Shown here: positions 9,749 to 18,630 of the stretch, one piece after another
How positions within the stretch are numbered: position 1 is the stretch's first letter
How the letters are laid out: every line of letters begins with the position of its first letter
Assembly (NCBI GenBank): GCA_963653535.1
Contig: CAVJWU010000003.1
Coordinates: 8,160 to 72,159, forward strand
Reading direction: 5' to 3'
Length of the DNA: 64,000 bases
From: Azospirillum sp. CAG:239
GTDB lineage: Bacteria > Bacillota_I > Bacilli_A > RFN20 > CAG-449
The notes under the pieces: generated by a model
What the model was told of the DNA's origin: nothing
Seen by the model: the letters and a program-made list of their open reading frames with translations, nothing else
Database searches by the model: none
Made by a program: the position numbers and the translations under genes

Positions 9749-9929
9749 AATGTAATATTTTTAAAAATTAAGACATAATAATGATATTTGAGAACTTTTT
9801 ACTATATAAATATAGTAAAGTAATTATTTTCTTATTTTTAATGTCGTTTTATCTTACAAGCTTATTATTTAATCTCCTTCTAATTCTCATCATAATATTA
9901 ATAAAAAGAGCATGAATTATAAACCCTAA

Positions 9930-9971
9930 TAAAAAAGTAGATATTTACTAAATTAATACTAAATATCTACT
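9930..9971 (-). terminator. Rho-independent terminator of the yqeG...mtnN operon
   Basis: 12-bp stem AGTAGATATTTA / TAAATATCTACT. An A6 run on + gives a T-run after the hairpin on the minus strand. It lies 43 nt downstream of the mtnN stop. Confidence 0.65.
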
Positions 9972-10013
9972 AATTATTTACTTTAAACAATTTTTTAAGT
10001 CTCTACCCTATTT

Positions 10014-10700
10014 TTAAATAAGTTGTAATAAGACTTTGGCAGAATTAGTTGAAGTTGCATCAGCATTAGATACATGTTCTTCAAAATTATTGTTATCTCT
10101 AGTAACAATATCAGAAATAGATCTAATGACCACAAAAGGAATATTATAGATATAGCAAACTTGACCAACCGCGCCTGATTCCATTTCACAAGCAAGTATT
10201 TCATCTTCAAGTCTAACTAAATTACTCTTTAAATATTTTTCTCTATTCATAAAAGTATCACCCGAAAGAACAATACCTTCTTTTAAAGATAATTCACTCT
10301 TTCTTAAATTATTTTTAACATATTCAGTGTCACAAGAAAAATATTGAGGGCAAGAACACATTTGACCTAACTTATAACTAAAGTCTGTTACATCAACATC
10401 ATAATAACCTACTTTAGTCGCGATGATGACATCAGAAGTAGTTAAATCTTCCTTAATGCCTCCAGAAGTACCGATATTAAAGATTCTTTCAATATTTAAG
10501 CTTTCAATCATCTTAGTTAAATATACAGCAGTATGGACTTTACCGATTTTACCTAGTCCTGCATAATAAACTTTATTATTACGAATGAAGCGATATAAAG
10601 TTTCACCTTTAACTTTTATTTCTTCATATTGCGAAATTTCATTTAATAAAGCATTAAGTTCAACTTCCATCGCCGCGACAATTAAATTAATCTTTTCCAT
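10014..10700 (-). CDS. mtnN: 5'-methylthioadenosine/S-adenosylhomocysteine nucleosidase
   Basis: IVAAMEVEL, GLGKIGKVHTAV, GTSGG and EMESGAVGQVC are typical of the Pfs/MtnN family. Confidence 0.85.
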   Translation of the reverse strand: MEKINLIVAAMEVELNALLNEISQYEEIKVKGETLYRFIRNNKVYYAGLGKIGKVHTAVYLTKMIESLNIERIFNIGTSGGIKEDLTTSDVIIATKVGYYDVDVTDFSYKLGQMCSCPQYFSCDTEYVKNNLRKSELSLKEGIVLSGDTFMNREKYLKSNLVRLEDEILACEMESGAVGQVCYIYNIPFVVIRSISDIVTRDNNNFEEHVSNADATSTNSAKVLLQLI

Positions 10701-10702
10701 AA

Positions 10703-11035
10703 TTATCTTTTAGTCGCTTTAGTTAATAAATCTTCTAAATTAACTCTTTCTCTCTCTTCTTTAGTAAATAAATGAACGATAATGCCATTACAATCAATTA
10801 AAACCCATTTTGAATCATTATTTAAACCTTCAATGTGATTAATTTCATGATTAACTAAATGTAAATTCTTTTCAATTTCATCAATGACCGCGTTCGCGAG
10901 TTTAATATTATTAACTGTTGCAATAACGACGTGATCATAGAATGGGTTTCTACCAGTTACATCAAAAGTGACGATATCTTCACCTTTCTTTTCATCGATT
11001 GCTTTTTCAATAATTTCTAAAATTTCTAATTCCAT
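10703..11035 (-). CDS. rsfS: Ribosome silencing factor RsfS (YqeL/iojap)
   Basis: GEDIVTFDV, DHVVIATVNN and WVLIDCNGIIVHLFTKEERE, in the conserved position after nadD/yqeK. Confidence 0.85.
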   Translation of the reverse strand: MELEILEIIEKAIDEKKGEDIVTFDVTGRNPFYDHVVIATVNNIKLANAVIDEIEKNLHLVNHEINHIEGLNNDSKWVLIDCNGIIVHLFTKEERERVNLEDLLTKATKR

Positions 11036-11038
11036 TTT

Positions 11039-12160
11039 TTATTTTTCTTCCTTTCCTAAATAAGATTTAATACAAGAAGCAGTTAAAGGATTATCATAAT
11101 TTATATTATTTTCTTTAAAATAAAGTAGATTTTCTTTTAAAACTTCTTTAAATCCTTCATCGATATTTTCATAACATTTGTTTATTAGTTCACGAGAATC
11201 ATATCCTCTAGTAGGTTCAATTTTATCCGCGGCATAAAGAATTTTGGCAAGTCTTGACATATTGCTTGATCCAGTAGCATGAACTTTAATCGCATCAAGA
11301 ATTTCATTATCATTAATATGAAATTCTTTTCTAACAATATCTGCGCCGATAAATTCATGATATAAGGCCCGTGGAATTGAATTATAAAGTGCTGGATAAT
11401 TCTCCTTCATAAATTCAATTTGTTCTTCATGTGGCATTTCTTTTGCAATATCATGAAGTAAACCTGCGGTATAAGCTTTAATAGGACTAACGTCATTTCT
11501 TAAAGCTATCTCATAAGCAACATGAGCGACGCTTATAGAATGAAGTAATCTTTTTTCTTTAATATAATTTTCAATCATTTCAAAATAATAAAGTCTCTTC
11601 TCTTCAATATAAGTTAAGACGCTTAATGGACAATCGACATTAGTTAAATTTCTTACGCTTGTTGAACTTGCGTTAGATAGACTTACGTTAAATATTGAAA
11701 CATGATATTTTTCAATATTTTTATTATTTATTTCATAATTAGGTCTACTAAATGAGATAAACTTAACCATTTTAGAAAGTTCATCAATTCTATACCATAA
11801 ATGAAGTTTTTCTAGTTGATCATAGCCAATTAAAAAATATAATTCTTCACCCTTTTTCTTTTTATATGACTTTATGGTATCGAAGGTATAATTAATTTCA
11901 TGTTTAGAATTTAATTCAACAGTCGATACTTCAAAGTCTTTATAATCTTTAATTGCTTCTAAAAGCATGTTTAAACGGTCTTTATCGCTCGTTTTAGTTT
12001 TTTTCCATCTAGCTTGCTTCGCGAGTAAAAACGTTACTCTATCAGCAGTAAATTCTTCTTTTGCTTTGCTTGCAATCATCAAATGCCCATTATGAATTGG
12101 ATCAAATGATCCGCCGAAAATAATTGTTTTCATATTAATTTGGTAGATGGATTTTGCCAT
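11039..12160 (-). CDS. nadD: Fusion of nicotinate-nucleotide adenylyltransferase NadD with a YqeK-type HD phosphohydrolase
   Basis: The N-terminal half has GGSFDPIHNGHL. The C-terminal half has the HD-domain motifs HSISVA and LLHDIAK. The alternative start at 12133 (MKTIIFGG) abuts the yhbY stop. Confidence 0.85.
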   Translation of the reverse strand: MAKSIYQINMKTIIFGGSFDPIHNGHLMIASKAKEEFTADRVTFLLAKQARWKKTKTSDKDRLNMLLEAIKDYKDFEVSTVELNSKHEINYTFDTIKSYKKKKGEELYFLIGYDQLEKLHLWYRIDELSKMVKFISFSRPNYEINNKNIEKYHVSIFNVSLSNASSTSVRNLTNVDCPLSVLTYIEEKRLYYFEMIENYIKEKRLLHSISVAHVAYEIALRNDVSPIKAYTAGLLHDIAKEMPHEEQIEFMKENYPALYNSIPRALYHEFIGADIVRKEFHINDNEILDAIKVHATGSSNMSRLAKILYAADKIEPTRGYDSRELINKCYENIDEGFKEVLKENLLYFKENNINYDNPLTASCIKSYLGKEEK

Positions 12161-12428
12161 CTTTTAAATTCTTTCTAAATAAAACGATGACTGATCCAAT
12201 CACTTGGACTACTTCACAATGTAATTTTTCTTCTAATACATGAGCGAGTTCATCTTTATCATCAGAAACTGATTTTTGAACTGAAACCTTAATTAATTCA
12301 TGTGCAGTTAAAGCTTTATCTAATAAATCAAGATTAGTAGAAGAAATTTCATTCTTACCAATTTGATATTTGCTATCTAAGGTATTCGCAAGACCTTTTA
12401 AATATTTAATTTGTTTATTATTTAACAT
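12135..12428 (-). CDS. yhbY: CRM-domain RNA-binding protein YhbY/YqeI
   Basis: LKGLANTLDSKYQIGKNEIS...AHELIKV, 97 aa, in the conserved yqe-cluster position. Confidence 0.8.
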   Translation of the reverse strand: MLNNKQIKYLKGLANTLDSKYQIGKNEISSTNLDLLDKALTAHELIKVSVQKSVSDDKDELAHVLEEKLHCEVVQVIGSVIVLFRKNLKDGKIHLPN

Positions 12429-12436
12429 ATATCCTC

Positions 12437-13540
12437 CTAAATGTATGCGTCTCTAATTAAGACGTTAACTTTTTCTGGTACTTGGACTGATATTTTTTGT
12501 TTATGACCAAATACGCTGATGAAACCAACTCCAACAATGACAATATCGACTTTCTTTTCAGGGAGAACGAAGTCAAATGTAACTAAATTCTCTACTCCTA
12601 AAACGGCATTAGTTATTGGTTGAATTTGATTTTGTTTTACTAAAGAATTAAATTTCTCATTCGAAACGTTTTCTTTTGTTCGATGAAGTGTAATTTCTTC
12701 ACTAAAATAACAAGTATAGCCTGCTTTTTCTCCTTGCAAAATATTTATTTTTCCTAAACCGCCAATTAAGATCGATTGTTTTTCATTAAGTTGGAAAGTT
12801 ATAGGTTTAATTTCATTTCGTGGAATCATATATTTCAACGTATTCTTATCAACTAAGGTTAAATATGAATCAGTTGGAATATCGCCCGGAGTATCAATTA
12901 GCCTTAATTTAGATTCTAATTGAACATCGATTTTATCTAACGTTGTTCCTAAATAAGGAGAAGTTACGATAAAATCTCTTTTATTTTTTGCATAATGCTT
13001 AATCATTGCATTAATTAGCGATGATTTACCAACCGAAGAAGAACCGATAAAATAAACATCTTTCTTGTTTGATAAATATTGTAATGCTTCATATAATTCA
13101 TCTAAACCATATGAACTATATGAAGAAGTAAGAATTACTCCTTTAGGATGTATATTTTCCTTTTTTAAGCGGATGTAAACAAATTGTTTAATTTTATCAT
13201 CACCCATTTCTTTTGGCAAAATATCCCTTTTATTTCCGACGATTAAGACAGGACTATTAGAGATGATTTTATCAATATTTTTAATCATCGATGATTCAAT
13301 ATTGAATAAATCAATCAAATAGACAATTAAGCAATGTTGTTTAATTGCTTTTTTTAATAATTCTTCATAATTAGGCGCGATAGAAGTAATATCTTTATAT
13401 TTTTCTCCATAGTGTTTTAATCTAAAGCATCTTTGACATAAACTATGTTCATCAAAATCACTTTTTGGAGTATAACCTGGTAAGTTTGGATCGACATTTT
13501 GAAGTGGTAAACCACAACCTAAACATGATTTAGTTTCCAT
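12437..13540 (-). CDS. yqeH: Ribosome biogenesis GTPase YqeH (circularly permuted)
   Basis: N-terminal zinc-finger cysteines CLGCG...CQRCF. Permuted G motifs GNKRD (G4) then GSSSVGKSSLIN (G1) and DTPG (G3). Confidence 0.85.
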   Translation of the reverse strand: METKSCLGCGLPLQNVDPNLPGYTPKSDFDEHSLCQRCFRLKHYGEKYKDITSIAPNYEELLKKAIKQHCLIVYLIDLFNIESSMIKNIDKIISNSPVLIVGNKRDILPKEMGDDKIKQFVYIRLKKENIHPKGVILTSSYSSYGLDELYEALQYLSNKKDVYFIGSSSVGKSSLINAMIKHYAKNKRDFIVTSPYLGTTLDKIDVQLESKLRLIDTPGDIPTDSYLTLVDKNTLKYMIPRNEIKPITFQLNEKQSILIGGLGKINILQGEKAGYTCYFSEEITLHRTKENVSNEKFNSLVKQNQIQPITNAVLGVENLVTFDFVLPEKKVDIVIVGVGFISVFGHKQKISVQVPEKVNVLIRDAYI

Positions 13541-14057
13541 AATTTATTTCCCTTTCTTTTAGAACACCTTTTTTAATTAATCTATTTCTTATTCTAATAT
13601 CAAAGAAACGATTAAATGTTGTCGTAGGTTGATCGCGTTCTACTAATTTATCAACTAAGCAGCCTCTTACTTTTAAAGCATGGGAACACTTAATATCAGT
13701 GACAGTTTGATCACCTACCATCAATATTTCTTTTTTATTTAAATGATGTTTTTTTATAAATTTATTGAGTCTAAAACCAAATGGCTTTAAAGAATGAAAA
13801 GAATATTTAACATCTAATTTATCCGCGTAATTCTTTACTCTTTCTTCGTGATTATTACTTACAATATAAATATCTAATCCTGCTTCTTTTAGCTTCTTAA
13901 TTAATTCAGTTGCTTCTAAAGAAGGAACTAATGCATCAAAAGCATCTAAAGTGTTATCTAAATCTAAAAATAATACCTTAATACCATTCTCTTGATAGAA
14001 AGATAATGGAATAGAATAGATATTTCTCGCGTAATAAGTTGGTTCAAAGCATCTCAT
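13530..14057 (-). CDS. yqeG: HAD-IIIA phosphatase YqeG
   Basis: FLDLDNTL, VSNN and MVGDQTVTD. It is the first gene of the yqe cluster and overlaps yqeH by 11 nt. Confidence 0.8.
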   Translation of the reverse strand: MRCFEPTYYARNIYSIPLSFYQENGIKVLFLDLDNTLDAFDALVPSLEATELIKKLKEAGLDIYIVSNNHEERVKNYADKLDVKYSFHSLKPFGFRLNKFIKKHHLNKKEILMVGDQTVTDIKCSHALKVRGCLVDKLVERDQPTTTFNRFFDIRIRNRLIKKGVLKEREINYGN

Positions 14058-14074
14058 AAATTTACCTCTGTAAC

Positions 14075-14083
14075 ATTATACAA
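14075..14083 (-). promoter_or_regulatory. Extended -10 element for the yqeG operon
   Basis: The minus strand reads TGTATAAT about 17 nt upstream of the yqeG ATG. An AGAGG RBS lies between them. Confidence 0.4.
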
Positions 14084-14120
14084 AATTTATTTAATTTATT
14101 AAATAAGATTATTACGAACT

Positions 14121-14149
14121 AAAGAAAAAGCAGTTCAAACGAACTGCTT
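14121..14149 (-). terminator. Rho-independent terminator after the 843-aa lipoprotein gene
   Basis: AAGCAGTTC-AAAC-GAACTGCTT hairpin. The A-run on + gives TTTTTCTTT after the hairpin on the minus strand. Confidence 0.65.
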
Positions 14150-14157
14150 AATTAATA

Positions 14158-16689
14158 TTATAAACCTGGAAATGGAGGAGGAGTAGGAATAGAACTATCC
14201 GCGGCAAATGAAGTTGTTACTTCTGAAGTTTCTAAGTTAAGAGTTAAATAATATTTTCCAGAATAATTAGAAATTTCTAATGTAATCGCACCATCTTTTA
14301 GACTTACGTTTATTAAACTAAATGAAACGCTAATACCATCAACAACTGCTTCATAACTTAAACCAGTATTATCTAAGCCAAATGTAATTTCTTTTTCATT
14401 AATTGTATATTTGCCATTAAATTTAGAATAATCTTTATAACCTAGTGTTCTTTCTAGGCTAATAGTTGTTTCTCCTTCAGTATATACTGCGTTATAAGTA
14501 TCGCCTTTAGTAATTACTAATGAACCAGTAGAAGTAGTAAATGTGATTGTAGTTTCATTTTCTTCATATGAAGTAATACTCTTATATGTACCATTTACAT
14601 ATATATCACCATCACGGATTAAGACAATATTTTCTTTCGCTTCATCAGTATAAATACCCCAAGAAGTTGTTAAAGTACTTTCATAATAATTTAAAGTTCC
14701 AATTGATACGTGATCAGAATAAACATCTAAAGCAACCGAAGCTCCATTATAAGTAAAGATAATTTCTGCGATATAACCATAATCTTCATTTGTGATGATG
14801 TAATAAGGATATTCAACATCTCTATCTAAGCCTGTATGATCTTTATTAGTTGTATCTAATGTTAATTTACCATCGCTAGAAATCTTAATATTTTCAATGC
14901 CATAAGTTCCATATGCTGAATAAGTACCGACAATTGAAGTAAAGATATCTTTTGAAACATAATATTTAGATTCAACATTATCTTCAATTGTTACGACAGT
15001 ACCAGCTAAATTACAAGCGACTAATGTATCTACTTCAGTTCCTTTTAAGCTGAGCGCAAATTGAGTCCAAGATGAAGAAGATGGTAAATAATAAGCAAAA
15101 TCATATTCATATTTCTTTTCACCAATTGTGACATATTTATCATCAATAGTTAATGAATCAACGCCGTTAGATGAATAAGTTCCATATACAGAATCTAATG
15201 TTTGCTTGTTATAAGCTAGTTCTGTACCTTCTTTAGTAGTAACTTCATATAAACCTAATGTTGAATTAACTATCTTTAAGGTAGTTTCACCCATCTTTAA
15301 AATAGGATAAGTATAACCATGAGAATAAACATAAGTACCTTGTCCAGATGTTTCACCAATAGTAAAAGTTAAATCATTATTTATCACAAATGAAGAAATT
15401 TTACCGTTACTATGTGTATAATAAGTTTTTGCAAATATAGTCGCGAATTCATCATCATTTAAATAATAAGTATCTTTTCCATTGACGCTTACTTTAATCG
15501 CAGTTTCATTCTTTTCTGGTGTTACAATATAAGTAAGACCATTTTTAGTAAATGAGATAGCTTTACGATTATTAAAAATAACATAAGTAAAAGAAGTTTC
15601 TTCATCATTAAATGTTAATTTATATTCTTCAGTATCAAAATCTTGTACATAAGAAATAGTATTAGTTTTATCAGTAAAAGTACCTTCCATTTCTGAAGTA
15701 TCGTTAATTGGATAAGCATGAACAACTTCACCTACTTCAAAAGTGACATAATGATGATGGAAACGAATTTTAGTTTCTTTTTCTTCGAGAGTAGATAAAA
15801 TATAGAAACCTTTTTCATCATTTTTAATTTCTAATGTAGCTTGTTTTTCTCCATAATATAGTACGCCTTCTTCTAAATCAGCAGAAATACTAATGACATT
15901 AGTTCCATCAAAAATTTCTAAACATTGAATAATACCAAAATCAGTGACAGCAGTATCCATTTCATAAGTTCTATCGTATAAACGAACTCTATTTTCTTCT
16001 TTAATTAGTTCAGATTCACCCCAACCATCACCGTCGAGGTCATATTCTTCATAAGTGATATAAGAAGCTTCTTTAGTTCCTCTTATACGAGTTCTTCCAA
16101 TATAAGTTTGTTCATTTGACCATGAAGTTTGATAAACGTGGTCGTTATAAAAACCATTTCTTACAGTATCAAAATCGTTAGTAATAACAGTATAAACATC
16201 ATACATATCACTACTACCATAAGCAGAATAAACACCTTGATATGAAGCAATATCAGGTTGATAAGTTCCATAAGTAACGTAAGTTCCAGAAACTAATTTT
16301 TCTAAATGTAAAAAACCATCGCCGTCTAAATCAACATATGCTCTATATGCATTTCCTTCATTATAACGCTCATCAAAATCTAATGTTAAAGTAGTTAAAG
16401 AAGAACTAATTTTTTCATCTTTAACGCTAGTAGGTTTTAATGTTATCGATGTATTTTCGCTCGTTAAAGTAACTTTTTCCCCTGTTACATCTATTTTTCC
16501 AGTAGTTCCATAGAATGTACCTTTTAAATAATATAATTCACTATCATCTAGATTAATTTCTGGTAATGAAGATGAACTAGATACGTTAGAACTACTAGAG
16601 GTAGTTGAAGATGGTGTGTTAGAGCATCCAGCAACTAAGACTGAGGATAATACTAATGCGAAAGTCGCAAATAATTGTTTATTTTTCAT
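14158..16689 (-). CDS. Large lipoprotein of unknown function with a Ser-rich linker
   Basis: The start was set at MKNKQLFATFALVLSSVLVAGCSN (lipobox LVAGC) with the RBS GGGAGA. The track ORF begins 36 nt further upstream. The protein is Ser/Thr/Tyr/Gly-rich with recurring GTY motifs. Confidence 0.75.
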   Translation of the reverse strand: MKNKQLFATFALVLSSVLVAGCSNTPSSTTSSSSNVSSSSSLPEINLDDSELYYLKGTFYGTTGKIDVTGEKVTLTSENTSITLKPTSVKDEKISSSLTTLTLDFDERYNEGNAYRAYVDLDGDGFLHLEKLVSGTYVTYGTYQPDIASYQGVYSAYGSSDMYDVYTVITNDFDTVRNGFYNDHVYQTSWSNEQTYIGRTRIRGTKEASYITYEEYDLDGDGWGESELIKEENRVRLYDRTYEMDTAVTDFGIIQCLEIFDGTNVISISADLEEGVLYYGEKQATLEIKNDEKGFYILSTLEEKETKIRFHHHYVTFEVGEVVHAYPINDTSEMEGTFTDKTNTISYVQDFDTEEYKLTFNDEETSFTYVIFNNRKAISFTKNGLTYIVTPEKNETAIKVSVNGKDTYYLNDDEFATIFAKTYYTHSNGKISSFVINNDLTFTIGETSGQGTYVYSHGYTYPILKMGETTLKIVNSTLGLYEVTTKEGTELAYNKQTLDSVYGTYSSNGVDSLTIDDKYVTIGEKKYEYDFAYYLPSSSSWTQFALSLKGTEVDTLVACNLAGTVVTIEDNVESKYYVSKDIFTSIVGTYSAYGTYGIENIKISSDGKLTLDTTNKDHTGLDRDVEYPYYIITNEDYGYIAEIIFTYNGASVALDVYSDHVSIGTLNYYESTLTTSWGIYTDEAKENIVLIRDGDIYVNGTYKSITSYEENETTITFTTSTGSLVITKGDTYNAVYTEGETTISLERTLGYKDYSKFNGKYTINEKEITFGLDNTGLSYEAVVDGISVSFSLINVSLKDGAITLEISNYSGKYYLTLNLETSEVTTSFAADSSIPTPPPFPGL

Positions 16690-16756
16690 AAAATTCTCCC
16701 TATTAATATTATCTTGATGATACACCTATTTTTATTAGGTGAACTATTAAAAATAT

Positions 16757-16770
16757 CTAAAGCGCTTACA
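16757..16770. promoter_or_regulatory. cre-like (CcpA-type) operator between divergent lipoprotein genes
   Basis: The minus-strand reading TGTAAGCGCTTTAG has one perfect cre half (TGTAAGCG) and one degenerate half. It shares ATGTAAGCGCTT with the site at 56327. Confidence 0.4.
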
Positions 16771-16828
16771 TAACCTTAAAAATAAATCCCTTTAGTAATA
16801 TAATTTAACTAGTTAAACGAGGTAACTT

Positions 16829-18598
16829 ATGAATAAAAAATCAATTTTAACTTTGTCATTATCTTTATTAATACCATGTTCTGCTTGTTCATCTACTTCA
16901 AATAGTTCTTCTCGTAGTGAAGAATCTTCTTTTAGTAGTTTTAGTAGTGAAAATATTTCTTCTTCTACAACATATATTAATGAAGGAAATATTACTAAAA
17001 CTGTTAATGCTTATGTTTACGATAATAACGTTGAAGAAGGTAATTTAGATATTTATTATTTTGATAATAAAGATGTCCCTTATACAAATGTAAAAGAATT
17101 TTATGAAAGTACATTTATTAATTATGTTTTTAATGGTAAGAAGATTTTTTTAGTTGAAGGTAATGTCGTTACTAATTTAATTTCTAATGCGACTATGACA
17201 TTAGATCCAGTTAATGACACCCTTACTTTTAGTGATTTTGATATGTTTAATAATACTAATGGTAATACAAATTTACCAACTGATATCTTTACTATTACAA
17301 ATTACGAATCAAAAGTAATTTCATTAAACGAAAAGAATTGTACTTACACTAAAGGAAAAGAAATAGTAATTAAATTAAATGATTTCTCTACTAATTTAAT
17401 TTCATATAATAATGAATTTTATCTTCCTTTTTCTTACCTAGAATGTATTTCTGTTTCACAAAATTATAATCGTTATGTCTTTAACGGAACTGATATATTT
17501 AACGTCAATTTAAATTCGTTTGTCTCTTCTTCTGGAGCATTAAATGCATATGGAAGAAAATATTATTCTGGAGAATATAATCAAAACAAAGAAAGAACTA
17601 GCGATTACTCCAATTATTTTTATAATTCTTTCTTATTTGAAATGACCTATTTCAGCGGTAAACTCCCTACTTATAATTTTACTTCATTAGATGCACGTTT
17701 AGAGGAATTAGGAATTAAAAAGAATATGTTATCAAGTTCTTCCGCGATTGCAGATAATGCATTAGCTAAAGCGATTAACCAAGTCTTTAACGATGGAGGA
17801 CATACTTGTTTTAATTACCGTGGTCATACTTGTGAATATAACGCAACAATGAATAGTAAATTATTTTACGCTTTAGGTGATTATGATAATAAATATAAAC
17901 AAGTTTATAATGCATATGTAACATTAGGTAATGAAAGAGGTTCGTTAAATAAGAATTTAGATATTTATGGTTCTACTGCAATAATTAGATTCGATACTTT
18001 CGAATGTACTAGTTCACCTTTAGATTTAGAACATATATCAACAAACACTTCCACTTTTGGTATTATTTATAATTCATTTAAAGAGATTGAAAAAGATTCA
18101 TCAATTAAAAATGTCGTCTTTGATTTAAGCGTTAATTTAGGCGGAGAATCAACTGCCCTTGCATATAGTTATTCATTCATAAGTAATGATCCAGTTAAGG
18201 TCAATATCGTAAATCCTGTAACAGGAGCTAAATTTACTGAAGCAGTTAATGTTGATAATGATTTAGATGGAGATTTAACTGATGACGATTCATATGAAGG
18301 AAAATATAAATTCTATGTATTAACTTCTCCAGCCTCATTCTCTAGCGCGAACCTTTTCGCTTTACTTTCTAAAGATAATAATAAAGCAAAAATCATCGGT
18401 TCTACTTCTTCTGGTGGCGATTGCTCTATTCGTGTGGGAATCTCAGTTGATGGAACTTCATTTAATATGTCATCCACTTTAAGATATGTTTATAAAGATG
18501 GTTCTACCGCAGATAATGGTATTTCTGTCGATTATAAATTAGATTCATCTTATTTTTATTCACCAAGTAAATTAGATACATATTTAAATTCTTTATAA
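16829..18598 (+). CDS. Lipoprotein, probable S41 (C-terminal processing peptidase-like) family
   Basis: Signal and lipobox LSLLIPCSAC. VVFDLSVNLGGES resembles the S41 IDLRxNxGG motif. VLTSPASFSSANLFALL resembles the catalytic-Ser segment. This rests on motif resemblance only. Confidence 0.5.
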   Translation: MNKKSILTLSLSLLIPCSACSSTSNSSSRSEESSFSSFSSENISSSTTYINEGNITKTVNAYVYDNNVEEGNLDIYYFDNKDVPYTNVKEFYESTFINYVFNGKKIFLVEGNVVTNLISNATMTLDPVNDTLTFSDFDMFNNTNGNTNLPTDIFTITNYESKVISLNEKNCTYTKGKEIVIKLNDFSTNLISYNNEFYLPFSYLECISVSQNYNRYVFNGTDIFNVNLNSFVSSSGALNAYGRKYYSGEYNQNKERTSDYSNYFYNSFLFEMTYFSGKLPTYNFTSLDARLEELGIKKNMLSSSSAIADNALAKAINQVFNDGGHTCFNYRGHTCEYNATMNSKLFYALGDYDNKYKQVYNAYVTLGNERGSLNKNLDIYGSTAIIRFDTFECTSSPLDLEHISTNTSTFGIIYNSFKEIEKDSSIKNVVFDLSVNLGGESTALAYSYSFISNDPVKVNIVNPVTGAKFTEAVNVDNDLDGDLTDDDSYEGKYKFYVLTSPASFSSANLFALLSKDNNKAKIIGSTSSGGDCSIRVGISVDGTSFNMSSTLRYVYKDGSTADNGISVDYKLDSSYFYSPSKLDTYLNSL

Positions 18599-18600
18599 GA

Positions 18601-18630
18601 AAAATAAGAGGCTTAAACCTCTTATTTTTT
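18601..18630. terminator. Bidirectional terminator between convergent genes
   Basis: AATAAGAGG-CTTAAA-CCTCTTATT hairpin flanked by an A-run on the left and a T-run on the right. Confidence 0.7.
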
